A DNA stretch of 64,000 nt, from the NCBI GenBank assembly GCA_964291625.2, contig OZ220089.1:1664001-1728000 (forward strand), given 5' to 3'. The position numbers and the translations under genes are program-made. Below, in pieces: positions 38,038 to 47,686 of this stretch. Every line of letters begins with the position of its first letter. The first letter of the stretch is position 1. The notes below the pieces were generated by a model. That model saw nothing but the letters and a program-made list of their open reading frames with translations, did no database searches and was not told where the DNA came from. This DNA is from Candidatus Latescibacterota bacterium. GTDB taxonomy: Bacteria; Latescibacterota; UBA2968; UBA8231.

Positions 38038-38826
38038 TCAGCTCTCCTCGCCGCCGAGGAGGTCGCGCACGGCGGCGCCCGGGTCTTCGGCCCGCATGAG
38101 GGACTCGCCCACGAGGACGGCGTCGACCCCGGCCTCGCCGAGCTGGCGCAGGTGATCGTGGTGCTCGATGCCGCTCTCGCTGACCAGGGTCACTCTCTCC
38201 GGCACGAAGGGCCGCAGCTCGAAGGTCGTGTCAAGGCTGGTCTCGAAGGTGCGCAGATCGCGGTTGTTGATGCCCACGGGGGAGGCGTCGGCGGCCAAGG
38301 CGCGCTCCAGCTCCTCCCGGGTGTGGACCTCGACGAGGACCGACAGGCCCAGCTCCCGGCCCAGTCCCTGGAGGTCCTCCAACTGGCCGCCGTCCATGAC
38401 CGCGACGATGAGCAGGGCGGCGTCCGCGCCGATGACGCGGGCCTCGAAGAGCTGGTACGGGTCGATGGTGAAGTCCTTGCGCAACACCGGGATCCCGGCG
38501 GCCTGCCGCGCGGACTGGAGGTGGGCGTCGGAGCCCTGAAAGTACGCCTCGTCGGTGAGCACCGAAAGCGCGCGGGCGCCGTTGCCGGCGTAGGCGCTGG
38601 CGATCGCCGCCGGGTCGAAGTCCTCGCGGATCACGCCCTTGGAGGGGGAGGCCTTCTTCACCTCGGCGATGAGGGAGACGCCTTCGGCGGCCAGGGCGCC
38701 CGCGAAGTCCGCCGGGTCCGGCGCGTCGAGAGCCCGGGCGCGGACCTCGGCCGAGGGCGCGTCGTGGACGCGCCGGGCCAGGAAGTCCCGCTTGCTGGCG
38801 ACGATCTCTTCGAGGATGCCGGCCAT
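38038..38826 (-). CDS. trpC: Indole-3-glycerol phosphate synthase
   Basis: IAEVKKASPSKG, SVLTD, LRKDF, GINNRDL, SESGI, LVGESLM. Confidence 0.96.
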   Translation of the reverse strand: MAGILEEIVASKRDFLARRVHDAPSAEVRARALDAPDPADFAGALAAEGVSLIAEVKKASPSKGVIREDFDPAAIASAYAGNGARALSVLTDEAYFQGSDAHLQSARQAAGIPVLRKDFTIDPYQLFEARVIGADAALLIVAVMDGGQLEDLQGLGRELGLSVLVEVHTREELERALAADASPVGINNRDLRTFETSLDTTFELRPFVPERVTLVSESGIEHHDHLRQLGEAGVDAVLVGESLMRAEDPGAAVRDLLGGEES

Positions 38827-38836
38827 GCCCGCCGCC

Positions 38837-39847
38837 TCAGGCGTTGCTCACCTCCACGAGCCGGGCCAGGGCCTGCCGGGCCCGGCCCGAGGCGATCGAC
38901 TCGCGGGCGGCCTCGAGGCCGCCGGCCAAGTCCGATGCCACGCCGGCGGCGGCCAGGGCGGCGGCGGCGTTGAGGAGCACCACGTCGGCCCGGGGTCCCG
39001 CGGCGCCGTCGAGGACCTGCCGCAGGATGGCGGCGTTCTCCGCCGCGTCCCCGCCCTTCAGGTCCGCGGCCCCGGCGCGGTCGATCCCGAAGTCGCCGGG
39101 CTCGATCTCGTAGGTGCGCACCTCGCCATCGGTCAGCTCGCTCACCCGCGACGGACCGGTGAGGGTGATCTCGTCGAGGCCGTCGAGGCCGTGGACGACG
39201 AAGGCCCGCTCCGAGCCCAGGGCGCCGAGGACCCGGGCCTGCAGCTCGGTCAGCTCCGGCGCGAAGACACCCATGAGGTGGCGCGTCGCCCCCGCCGGGT
39301 TGGTGAGCGGCCCGAGGATGTTGAAGACCGTGCGCGTGCCCAGCTCCCGGCGGGGGCCGATGGCGTGCTTCATGGCGCCGTGCAGGGCGGGCGCGAAGAG
39401 GAAGCCGATGCCGGCCTCGTCGAGGCAGACTCCCACGCGGGCCGGGTCGGCCTCGATGTTGACGCCGAGCTCGGCGAGGACGTCGGCGGAGCCGCATCGG
39501 CTCGACATGGCGACGGTGCCGTGCTTGGCCACCGTGCACCCGGCGCCGGCGGCGACGAAGGCGACGGTGGTGGAGATGTTGAAAGTGCCCGAGGCGTCGC
39601 CGCCGGTGCCGCAGGTGTCGAGCAGGGGCGGCCGGCCGCCGGAGATGCGCGTCGCCTTGGCCCGCATGACCTCGGTGAACCCGGCCACCTCGTCCTCCGT
39701 CTCGCCCTTGCAGCGCAGGGCCACGAGGAAGCCGCCGATCTGGGCGTCGGTCGCCTCGCCGCTCATGATCTGGTCCATCACGGCGGTGGCCGTCTCCCGG
39801 TCGAGGTCGCGGCCGGAGATGAGTTGCTGAATCGCGTCCTGGATCAT
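38837..39847 (-). CDS. trpD: Anthranilate phosphoribosyltransferase
   Basis: DTCGTGGD, FNIST, KHG, GSADVL, RTVFNILGPLTNP, GLDE. Confidence 0.96.
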   Translation of the reverse strand: MIQDAIQQLISGRDLDRETATAVMDQIMSGEATDAQIGGFLVALRCKGETEDEVAGFTEVMRAKATRISGGRPPLLDTCGTGGDASGTFNISTTVAFVAAGAGCTVAKHGTVAMSSRCGSADVLAELGVNIEADPARVGVCLDEAGIGFLFAPALHGAMKHAIGPRRELGTRTVFNILGPLTNPAGATRHLMGVFAPELTELQARVLGALGSERAFVVHGLDGLDEITLTGPSRVSELTDGEVRTYEIEPGDFGIDRAGAADLKGGDAAENAAILRQVLDGAAGPRADVVLLNAAAALAAAGVASDLAGGLEAARESIASGRARQALARLVEVSNA

Positions 39848-39883
39848 GGTTGGTCTCCTCCTTCGGAAAGCAAGATCCCGGGT

Positions 39884-40446
39884 TCAATCCCGCGCAAGGA
39901 AGTTGCCCAGCAGGCGCTGGCCCTCGGCGGTGAGGATCGACTCCGGGTGGAACTGCACGCCCTCGACGTCCAGCTCGCGGTGGCGCAGCCCCATGACGAT
40001 CCCGTCCTCTGTCTCGGCGACGACCTCCAGGCAGTCGGGCAGCGACTCGCGGTCGACGATCAGCGAGTGGTAGCGGGTGGCCACGAAGGGGTTGGGCAGG
40101 CCGGCGTAGATCCCCCCGCCGTGGTGGTGGATCTCCGATGTCTTGCCGTGCATGACGTACGGAGCGCGGGTGACGACGCCGCCGAAGGCCTGGCCGATCG
40201 ACTGGTGCCCGAGGCAGACGCCGAGGATGGGGACCTGGCCGGCGAAGCGGTTCACCACCTCGATGGAGATGCCGGCCACGTCGGGCGTGCACGGCCCGGG
40301 GGAGATGACGATGCGCTCCGGCGCCAGCCCGGCGATTTCGTCGGTGGTGACGCGGTCGTTGCGGTACACGGACAGCTCGGCGCCGAGCTCGCCCAGGTAC
40401 TGCACGAGGTTGTAGGTGAAGGAATCGTAGTTGTCGATCACCAGGA

Positions 40447-40450
<4 letters not shown>
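39884..40450 (-). CDS. trpG: Anthranilate synthase component II (glutamine amidotransferase)
   Basis: [33 protein letters not shown]. Confidence 0.93.
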
Positions 40451-41994
<1,544 letters not shown>

Positions 41995-42063
41995 CTCAGT
42001 TGCTCCGCTCGTTGCGGACGCGGTTCACCGGCAGCGGAAACGGCAAGAGCCCGTTGGGCACGG

Positions 42064-42099
42064 AAAAGGCCGCGAGCGCTGTCGGTGCGCCCGCGGCCT
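42064..42099 (-). terminator. Attenuator terminator hairpin upstream of trpE
   Basis: Minus strand reads AGGCCGCGGGCGC-ACCGACA-GCGCTCGCGGCCT followed by a T run. Confidence 0.8.
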
Positions 42100-42128
42100 G
42101 TGTGGTTTCCGTCTGCCGGTCACCCGCC

Positions 42129-42215
42129 TTACGGGTGGACGCACCTCTGTCCTGTCTCGTAGGACCAGAAGCGCCACCACCATCGGCGCGGGTTGTCGGT
42201 GCGATTGTATGTCAT
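42129..42215 (-). CDS. trpL: trp operon leader peptide (28 aa)
   Basis: MTYNRTDNPRRWWWRFWSYETGQRCVHP with four Trp codons and a GGAG RBS, directly upstream of the terminator and trpE. Confidence 0.8.
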   Translation of the reverse strand: MTYNRTDNPRRWWWRFWSYETGQRCVHP

Positions 42216-42252
42216 TTTGTGCGTGCTCCGTGCGCTTCGAATCGAGTCTTCG

Positions 42253-42281
42253 ATACTAAGGACCGCGCCCACCGGTGTCAA
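42253..42281 (-). promoter_or_regulatory. Sigma70-type promoter for the trp leader
   Basis: TTGACA (42281-42276), 17-bp spacer, TAGTAT (42258-42253). Confidence 0.75.
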
Positions 42282-42335
42282 CCGGTGCGTATCTTTGAGC
42301 GCCGTCGGCAGCGGATCACCCACGAGAGGTCATCC

Positions 42336-42557
42336 ATGACCACCATCACAGTCCGTGTACCGGCCGGGCTCCGTGGAATGCTCGACAAGGCCTCTGCGGA
42401 GCTGGGGCGCACGCGGTCCGACATCGTCCGGCAGGCGCTGGAACGTTATCTGGAGGACCTCGACGACCTCACCCTTGCCGAGGAACGGCTCCGCGATCCG
42501 ACCGATCCGGTCCTGGAGTGGGAGCCCGTGAGGCAGAAGCTACTCGGACCCGAATAA
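42336..42557 (+). CDS. CopG/RelB-like ribbon-helix-helix protein (orphan antitoxin-like)
   Basis: TITVRVP...LGRTRSDIVRQALERYLEDLDDLTLAEERL. Confidence 0.8.
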   Translation: MTTITVRVPAGLRGMLDKASAELGRTRSDIVRQALERYLEDLDDLTLAEERLRDPTDPVLEWEPVRQKLLGPE

Positions 42558-42581
42558 GGCGTCCTGCACCGCGGGATTGTC

Positions 42582-43073
42582 CTAAGCCGAAAGCGCTGCC
42601 TTGAACCGCTCGACAACGCCCTCGTTGATGTGGAGTGGATTCAGCCTCTGCATCCGGCGTGCGACAGCCAGTGCACGGCGCCTCGTGAGGGCGCCGCCAG
42701 CAACCAGGTCCACCATGAGGCCGAGGCCGAATCTCGTCTTCACCCCGTGACGTCTGCAGAGACGCCGGAGCGCACCGTCATTCGTGACGCAAGTCCAGCC
42801 CTCCTCGCGACACGCGACCAGGCAGAGGCAATCATTGAAGGAAACACCGGACTCGACCTCGGACGCCTGCGCCAACCGCTCTGTTTCGACGGCGACAACT
42901 TCCATGCCGAGTTGCGTGCACTGCGCCGCCCCGAGGCCCCGCACCTCCTCCAGCACGGGAGCCAGGACTACCAGCCGGCCCATATGGGCCGCCACGAGCT
43001 CCAGGACTTCCAACGCCGCGTCCCGGTAATCGATGAGGACATCTGCATCGGCGAGAAGCACCGTTTCGACCAT
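42582..43073 (-). CDS. PIN-domain protein (putative ribonuclease)
   Basis: LLADADVLIDY, VLEEV, SFNDCLCL, VTNDGALR: PIN acidic-residue pattern. Confidence 0.75.
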   Translation of the reverse strand: MVETVLLADADVLIDYRDAALEVLELVAAHMGRLVVLAPVLEEVRGLGAAQCTQLGMEVVAVETERLAQASEVESGVSFNDCLCLVACREEGWTCVTNDGALRRLCRRHGVKTRFGLGLMVDLVAGGALTRRRALAVARRMQRLNPLHINEGVVERFKAALSA

Positions 43074-43079
43074 CTTGAT

Positions 43080-44210
43080 CTACCCCGCCCACTCACGCGC
43101 CTGACTCCTCATCTCTTCCCGGGTCAGGCCCAGGATCTCGGCTGCCCTTCCCATTGAGAGGTTGCCCTGCTCAAGGGCCTGCCGCACCAGCCGCGAGAGT
43201 CGGTTCTCGATGAAGTCATGCCTGGAGAGACCATCGGGCTCGCCCGAGCGGCTCCAGTTCCAAGCGAACTCGCTCTTCTCAAGGGCCAGAGGCTCCTGGG
43301 TTCTTCGCAGGGTCTTGCCGAAACGGCCCTGATGCTGCCGCTGGAAGGCGCCCCAGATACTCGATGTTTCGCGCTCCGTCTCCACGAGCCGGTATAGCAC
43401 GGTCTTGTAACTCACTCGAAAAATACGCTTGACCTTGAGGACCCGGACGAGGAGCGGGTGTCCCCGGGTCTCCTCCCACCGTGGAGCGAAGGCGGTCTCC
43501 GGCATCAGGAACTGGCTCGCAAAAGCGTCTGCCTCCCGCTCCGTAGCCAACGAGGGTTCGGTAGCCTCCCGCTGGTACTCGGCCGGATGGAGCAACAGGT
43601 GACCTAGTTCATGCACCGCGGTGAAGATCCAGCGCTCTACTGAGATCCGATCCCAGGTATTGACCACCACCGCCGGACCTCCATCGGCCTCCGCCACGCT
43701 CAACCCGAAGAAGGAATCGCTCTTCTTGTCGAGAAGCAGGAGCTTCACCCCGTTCTCCTCAAGCAACCCACAGATGTCTCGCACCGGCTCTTCTTGCCCG
43801 ATTCCAATGGCTCCACGGGCTGCCCGTGCGGTTTCAACTGGACTCCCAGATCGAGTGCCCACAGGCCGGAACCGGAAGGCGCACAACTCCCCCAGATCAG
43901 ACTCGATCTGGCTATAGGCCTCTAGCCACCTGGAAACCTCTGCCAGAATCTGGGCACGCCCGAGAACGCGGGCACTGGCCCGAAAACGCACGGTCTCCAG
44001 AACCCGCACCGGCGAGATGAGGTCGCCCACCGGAACCTGCAGTGCTCTCCCCAAGGCGGAGAGACTCCGCGACCTCGGTACAACCGCACCCCGCTCGATT
44101 TTCCCAAGCGCGATCCTAGAGATTCCTGCCCTCTCGGCGAGCTTCTCCTGGGTCAACCCCCGGTCTAGTCGCAACCGGGCGACATTCGCCGCAATGTGCT
44201 CACCAGCCAT
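43080..44210 (-). CDS. XRE HTH fused to ImmA/IrrE zinc metallopeptidase
   Basis: LRLDRGLTQEKLAERAGIS...IERG HTH; FTAVHELGH (HExxH); EREADAFASQFLMP. Confidence 0.9.
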   Translation of the reverse strand: MAGEHIAANVARLRLDRGLTQEKLAERAGISRIALGKIERGAVVPRSRSLSALGRALQVPVGDLISPVRVLETVRFRASARVLGRAQILAEVSRWLEAYSQIESDLGELCAFRFRPVGTRSGSPVETARAARGAIGIGQEEPVRDICGLLEENGVKLLLLDKKSDSFFGLSVAEADGGPAVVVNTWDRISVERWIFTAVHELGHLLLHPAEYQREATEPSLATEREADAFASQFLMPETAFAPRWEETRGHPLLVRVLKVKRIFRVSYKTVLYRLVETERETSSIWGAFQRQHQGRFGKTLRRTQEPLALEKSEFAWNWSRSGEPDGLSRHDFIENRLSRLVRQALEQGNLSMGRAAEILGLTREEMRSQAREWAG

Positions 44211-44228
44211 CGTCTTGCCTCCGCGAAC

Positions 44229-44266
44229 TTGACAAGGTAACCACAGATCCCATATTTGTCAATATG
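44229..44266. promoter_or_regulatory. Overlapping divergent promoters with a palindromic operator candidate
   Basis: Plus strand TTGACA (44229)-16-CATATT; minus strand TTGACA (44262)-17-TACCTT; palindrome CATATT-tgtc-AATATG at 44251-44266. Confidence 0.55.
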
Positions 44267-44345
44267 ATATCTTTACTTCCTCCCCTCACGGCGCCAAGCG
44301 GGCAAGGACCAGGGACCCACCCGGGCGCCAAGGAGAATCGTCACA

Positions 44346-45452
44346 GTGAAGCCAAGATTGACCCTCTACCCGCTCGGTAACGCAGACTCTTGCCTGATCG
44401 AGCTTACTGATGGGCGCCTTCTCCTCATGGACTTCTCCGCAGCGCGAGGAGACGACCCAGAAGACCTCCGTATTGACCTTCCAGATGCCCTTCGGGAGGA
44501 CCTTGGCACTCGCAGGGATGTGGACGTGCTAGCGATCTCTCACTTGGACGAGGATCACTACGGCGGAGTCAGCGACCTCTTCTATCTTGACCATGCGGCC
44601 AAGTACCAGAGCGACGACCGGATCAGAATCCGTGAACTCTGGGTGCCCGCCGCCGTCATCGTCGAGGAGGGACTCGACGCCACGGAGGCCAAGGTCATTC
44701 GGGCGGAGGCACGGTACCGGCTCAAGGAGGGCAAGGGCATCCGCGTCTACTCACGCCCCGAGGCCCTTGAAGAATGGCTCAACCAGCAGGGCCTCAACCT
44801 CACAGACCGAGCGCACCTCATCACCGATGCCGGATGTGTCGTGCCTGGCTTCTCGTACGCATCCGGTGGAGTAGAAATGTTTGTTCACTCCCCGTTTGCC
44901 GAGGCGGCTTCTGACGGCCGCGCCATCGTGAGGAATTCCTCCTCACTTGCACTGCAAGCAACGTTTAAGGTTGGGGACCGATTCACCCGTGTTCTCTTTG
45001 CCGCCGATTTACACCACGAGGACCTCGCCGGAGTTGTCCGCGTGACCAAAGCACACGCTAACGACGAGCGTCTCCAATGCGATGTCGTCAAGCTGCCTCA
45101 TCACTGTAGCTATCTCTCCCTCGCCCCCGAAAAGGGAACCATTTCGACCCAGCCGGTTCCAGAGGTCGAGTGGCTCTACCAGAACCAGGGTCAATCCAGA
45201 GCGATCCTGGTGTCGTCCAGCGACCCCATTCCCCCCGAGGACACTATTGATCCTCCTCATCGCCAGGCAGCTAAGTACTATGCAACAGTGGCCGGCCTTC
45301 TCCGAGGAGAGTTTGCCGTCACGATGGAGCATCCCAAGCAGAGCGCGCCCGAGCGGCTCATCATCGAGATTGGCAACCTCGGCGCCTCCCTAAAGAAGAG
45401 CACCATAGTCGGTGGCCCACTCCTGAGCCGCGCGGCACCGCGGGCCGGTTGA
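44346..45452 (+). CDS. ComEC-like metallo-beta-lactamase-fold protein with a C-terminal PRAG tail
   Basis: LGNADSCLI, ISHLDEDH (HxDxDH), NSSSL, FAAD, KLPHHCS; ends ...AAPRAG. Confidence 0.85.
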   Translation: MKPRLTLYPLGNADSCLIELTDGRLLLMDFSAARGDDPEDLRIDLPDALREDLGTRRDVDVLAISHLDEDHYGGVSDLFYLDHAAKYQSDDRIRIRELWVPAAVIVEEGLDATEAKVIRAEARYRLKEGKGIRVYSRPEALEEWLNQQGLNLTDRAHLITDAGCVVPGFSYASGGVEMFVHSPFAEAASDGRAIVRNSSSLALQATFKVGDRFTRVLFAADLHHEDLAGVVRVTKAHANDERLQCDVVKLPHHCSYLSLAPEKGTISTQPVPEVEWLYQNQGQSRAILVSSSDPIPPEDTIDPPHRQAAKYYATVAGLLRGEFAVTMEHPKQSAPERLIIEIGNLGASLKKSTIVGGPLLSRAAPRAG

Positions 45453-47665
45453 TGACCAAGGACTGCTGGCTGTCCCCACAGGGAGTCCTGTGCAAGGACA
45501 GCACCGCCCTTCCTCCCCGTGCTCGTGAGTTGGCGGAGCGCTTGGCAGCAAGCGAGATTCCTTTTGCACGTCTCCTATCCCTCTCAGAGTCCAACGGTAC
45601 GGGAATCGTCACCCTCGAGGTCGATGTGGAACTCGCACAAGATCGGGTCTACGACATCCGTCCCCGTGAGCGGATTTCAGTCGAATTCTGCCACGATGAT
45701 GCGCAAGCGCCGGAGGTTCTTGCCCTACGTAGTTCCTTTCCCCTTGTACCACATCTAAACTTACGTCCTTCCGAGCTCCCCAGAAGTCTTTGTCTCTCTG
45801 CGGCCCCTTGGAGTGAGCTGCGTACTTGGTGGACACCGGGTCGTTTCGTAACGGACCTGCGCGCGTGGCTTGAGGCAACGGCACGGGGTGATCTACATGG
45901 GGACGATCAGCCCCTAGAGCCACTACTCCTAGGTACAGGTGTGCCACTCATTCTACCGACCGAGATCAGGGAAGGAGCAAGACCGATTCGCCTTGACGTA
46001 CTCGTCGTCAAGACACCCGAGATGGAACGGCCCGTCCTCGTCGCACGAGACCCGGAGGACATCCAAGACTTTGAGCGGGCCTACGCCATCGAGTCAATTG
46101 CCACTGTTCTCGTCGGCACCGCGCAACAGCACGGAATCATCGCACGTACGCCACGTACACTCGCACAGCTCCATGACCTCCTTACTCCCGCCCGTATTGA
46201 CACGCTTGGGGCCCTGATGTCTCGACTTGAGGATTGGCGACAAGACGACGAACTACTTGCCCGAAAGCCCATTCTAATCACAGTTCTCCCTAAAGTCCGA
46301 AGCAACGGCCAGGCCGTGGAGGCCACGGACATTTTCGCCTTCTCCATCGAGGAAACAGTCACGACACTTGGGGAAAAGCTCGGTCTATGGCAGATAACAG
46401 GGGGACACGCCGGCTTTCTGATCCCCCGCGCTACCCCTAACGCTGACGCGGTCCCGCTGGTATGCCTACACCCTGTGTCCCAGCTCTCTATGGGAACCGC
46501 GGCACAGGTGACCGGACGAGGCCCCGACCTACGCAAAGCAGTGGCCGTGGGACAAGGGGCTCTCGGCTCCCAGGTGGTCTCAAATTTGATTCGCACTGGG
46601 TTCGGCTCATGGACCCTTATTGATCACGATGTACTCTTGCCCCACAACCTCGCGCGCCATGCCCTCATCGGCCGAAGCCCGGGCTTCCCGAAGGCTCAGC
46701 ATATGGCAGTCGCCTTGACGGATACAGTTCAGGACTCCGTGGTGCAGGCTCTGGTCTGTGATGTGCTCAATCCAAGAGACAAGTCGGAGGATCTCACTGC
46801 GGCTCTGAGTGAGGCGGATGTCGTGTTCGATTTCTCCGCGTCTATCGCGGTGGCACGCCATCTAGCCGATGATACTCTTGTGAAAGCACGCCGACTCTCG
46901 ATCTTCTTGGGTCCAAGCGGCAGATATCTCGTGATACTTGCCGAGGACGCCAGCCGGACCGTAACCCTCCATGAGTTGGAGGCACAGTACTACCGCCTGC
47001 TCATCCAAACGGAGAGTCTTCACGACTTCTACCTAGATGAGGCCATATCACTTCGATACGGCGGCTCCTGCGCCGACATCTCACTTCACATCCCTCAGGA
47101 TCGTGTGGGACTACACGCGGGGATAGCGACTGGCGCAGTACAGCGCCTTACAGGAGAAGGGTTCATTTCCGTTTGGCACCTGACAGATGAACTCTCTGTT
47201 CAGCGACACTGCCTATCGGTTGCGGTCAGCCAATGGTTTGAGGGATCGAACTGGACGATAGGTATCGACTCCCGTCTCGAGGGTCACCTCCTGACGCTTC
47301 GTCGCAATGCTCTGCCATGTGAGACTGGGGGTGTTTTGGTCGGGGTGGTGGACACGCACCGGAAGACTACTCTAGTTGTGGATGCACTACCGGCACCCCC
47401 GGATAGCGAAGAGTGGCCAACCGCATTCATCCGCGGCTCAGTCGGGCTTCGCGAACGCGTGGAGAGAATCACAGAGTGGACAGGTCAGGCCGTACACTAC
47501 ATAGGAGAGTGGCATTCGCATCCTTCAGGCAGCTCGTTGGGAATGAGTCCTGACGATGAGCAGGTCCTACGGTTCGTGGCCAAGCACATGCGATCAGACG
47601 GACTTCCGGGAATCGTCTTGATCGTCGGAGACACAGGGGTTCAGTGCCACATCGGAGATAGCTAG
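45452..47665 (+). CDS. Prokaryotic E2 - E1 (ThiF) - JAB fusion protein
   Basis: E2: FPLVPHLN...SLCL; E1: GQGALGS, DHDVLLPHNLARH, DFSAS, RYGGSC; JAB: ETGGVLVG, YIGEWHSHP, SPDD; TGATG coupling to the MBL gene. Confidence 0.9.
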   Translation: MTKDCWLSPQGVLCKDSTALPPRARELAERLAASEIPFARLLSLSESNGTGIVTLEVDVELAQDRVYDIRPRERISVEFCHDDAQAPEVLALRSSFPLVPHLNLRPSELPRSLCLSAAPWSELRTWWTPGRFVTDLRAWLEATARGDLHGDDQPLEPLLLGTGVPLILPTEIREGARPIRLDVLVVKTPEMERPVLVARDPEDIQDFERAYAIESIATVLVGTAQQHGIIARTPRTLAQLHDLLTPARIDTLGALMSRLEDWRQDDELLARKPILITVLPKVRSNGQAVEATDIFAFSIEETVTTLGEKLGLWQITGGHAGFLIPRATPNADAVPLVCLHPVSQLSMGTAAQVTGRGPDLRKAVAVGQGALGSQVVSNLIRTGFGSWTLIDHDVLLPHNLARHALIGRSPGFPKAQHMAVALTDTVQDSVVQALVCDVLNPRDKSEDLTAALSEADVVFDFSASIAVARHLADDTLVKARRLSIFLGPSGRYLVILAEDASRTVTLHELEAQYYRLLIQTESLHDFYLDEAISLRYGGSCADISLHIPQDRVGLHAGIATGAVQRLTGEGFISVWHLTDELSVQRHCLSVAVSQWFEGSNWTIGIDSRLEGHLLTLRRNALPCETGGVLVGVVDTHRKTTLVVDALPAPPDSEEWPTAFIRGSVGLRERVERITEWTGQAVHYIGEWHSHPSGSSLGMSPDDEQVLRFVAKHMRSDGLPGIVLIVGDTGVQCHIGDS

Positions 47666-47686
47666 AGGATCGTCTGCGGGGTGCTG

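Noticed and set aside
42000-42250. T-box riboswitch upstream of trpE
   Set aside because: No T-box consensus seen; the leader-peptide attenuator explains the region
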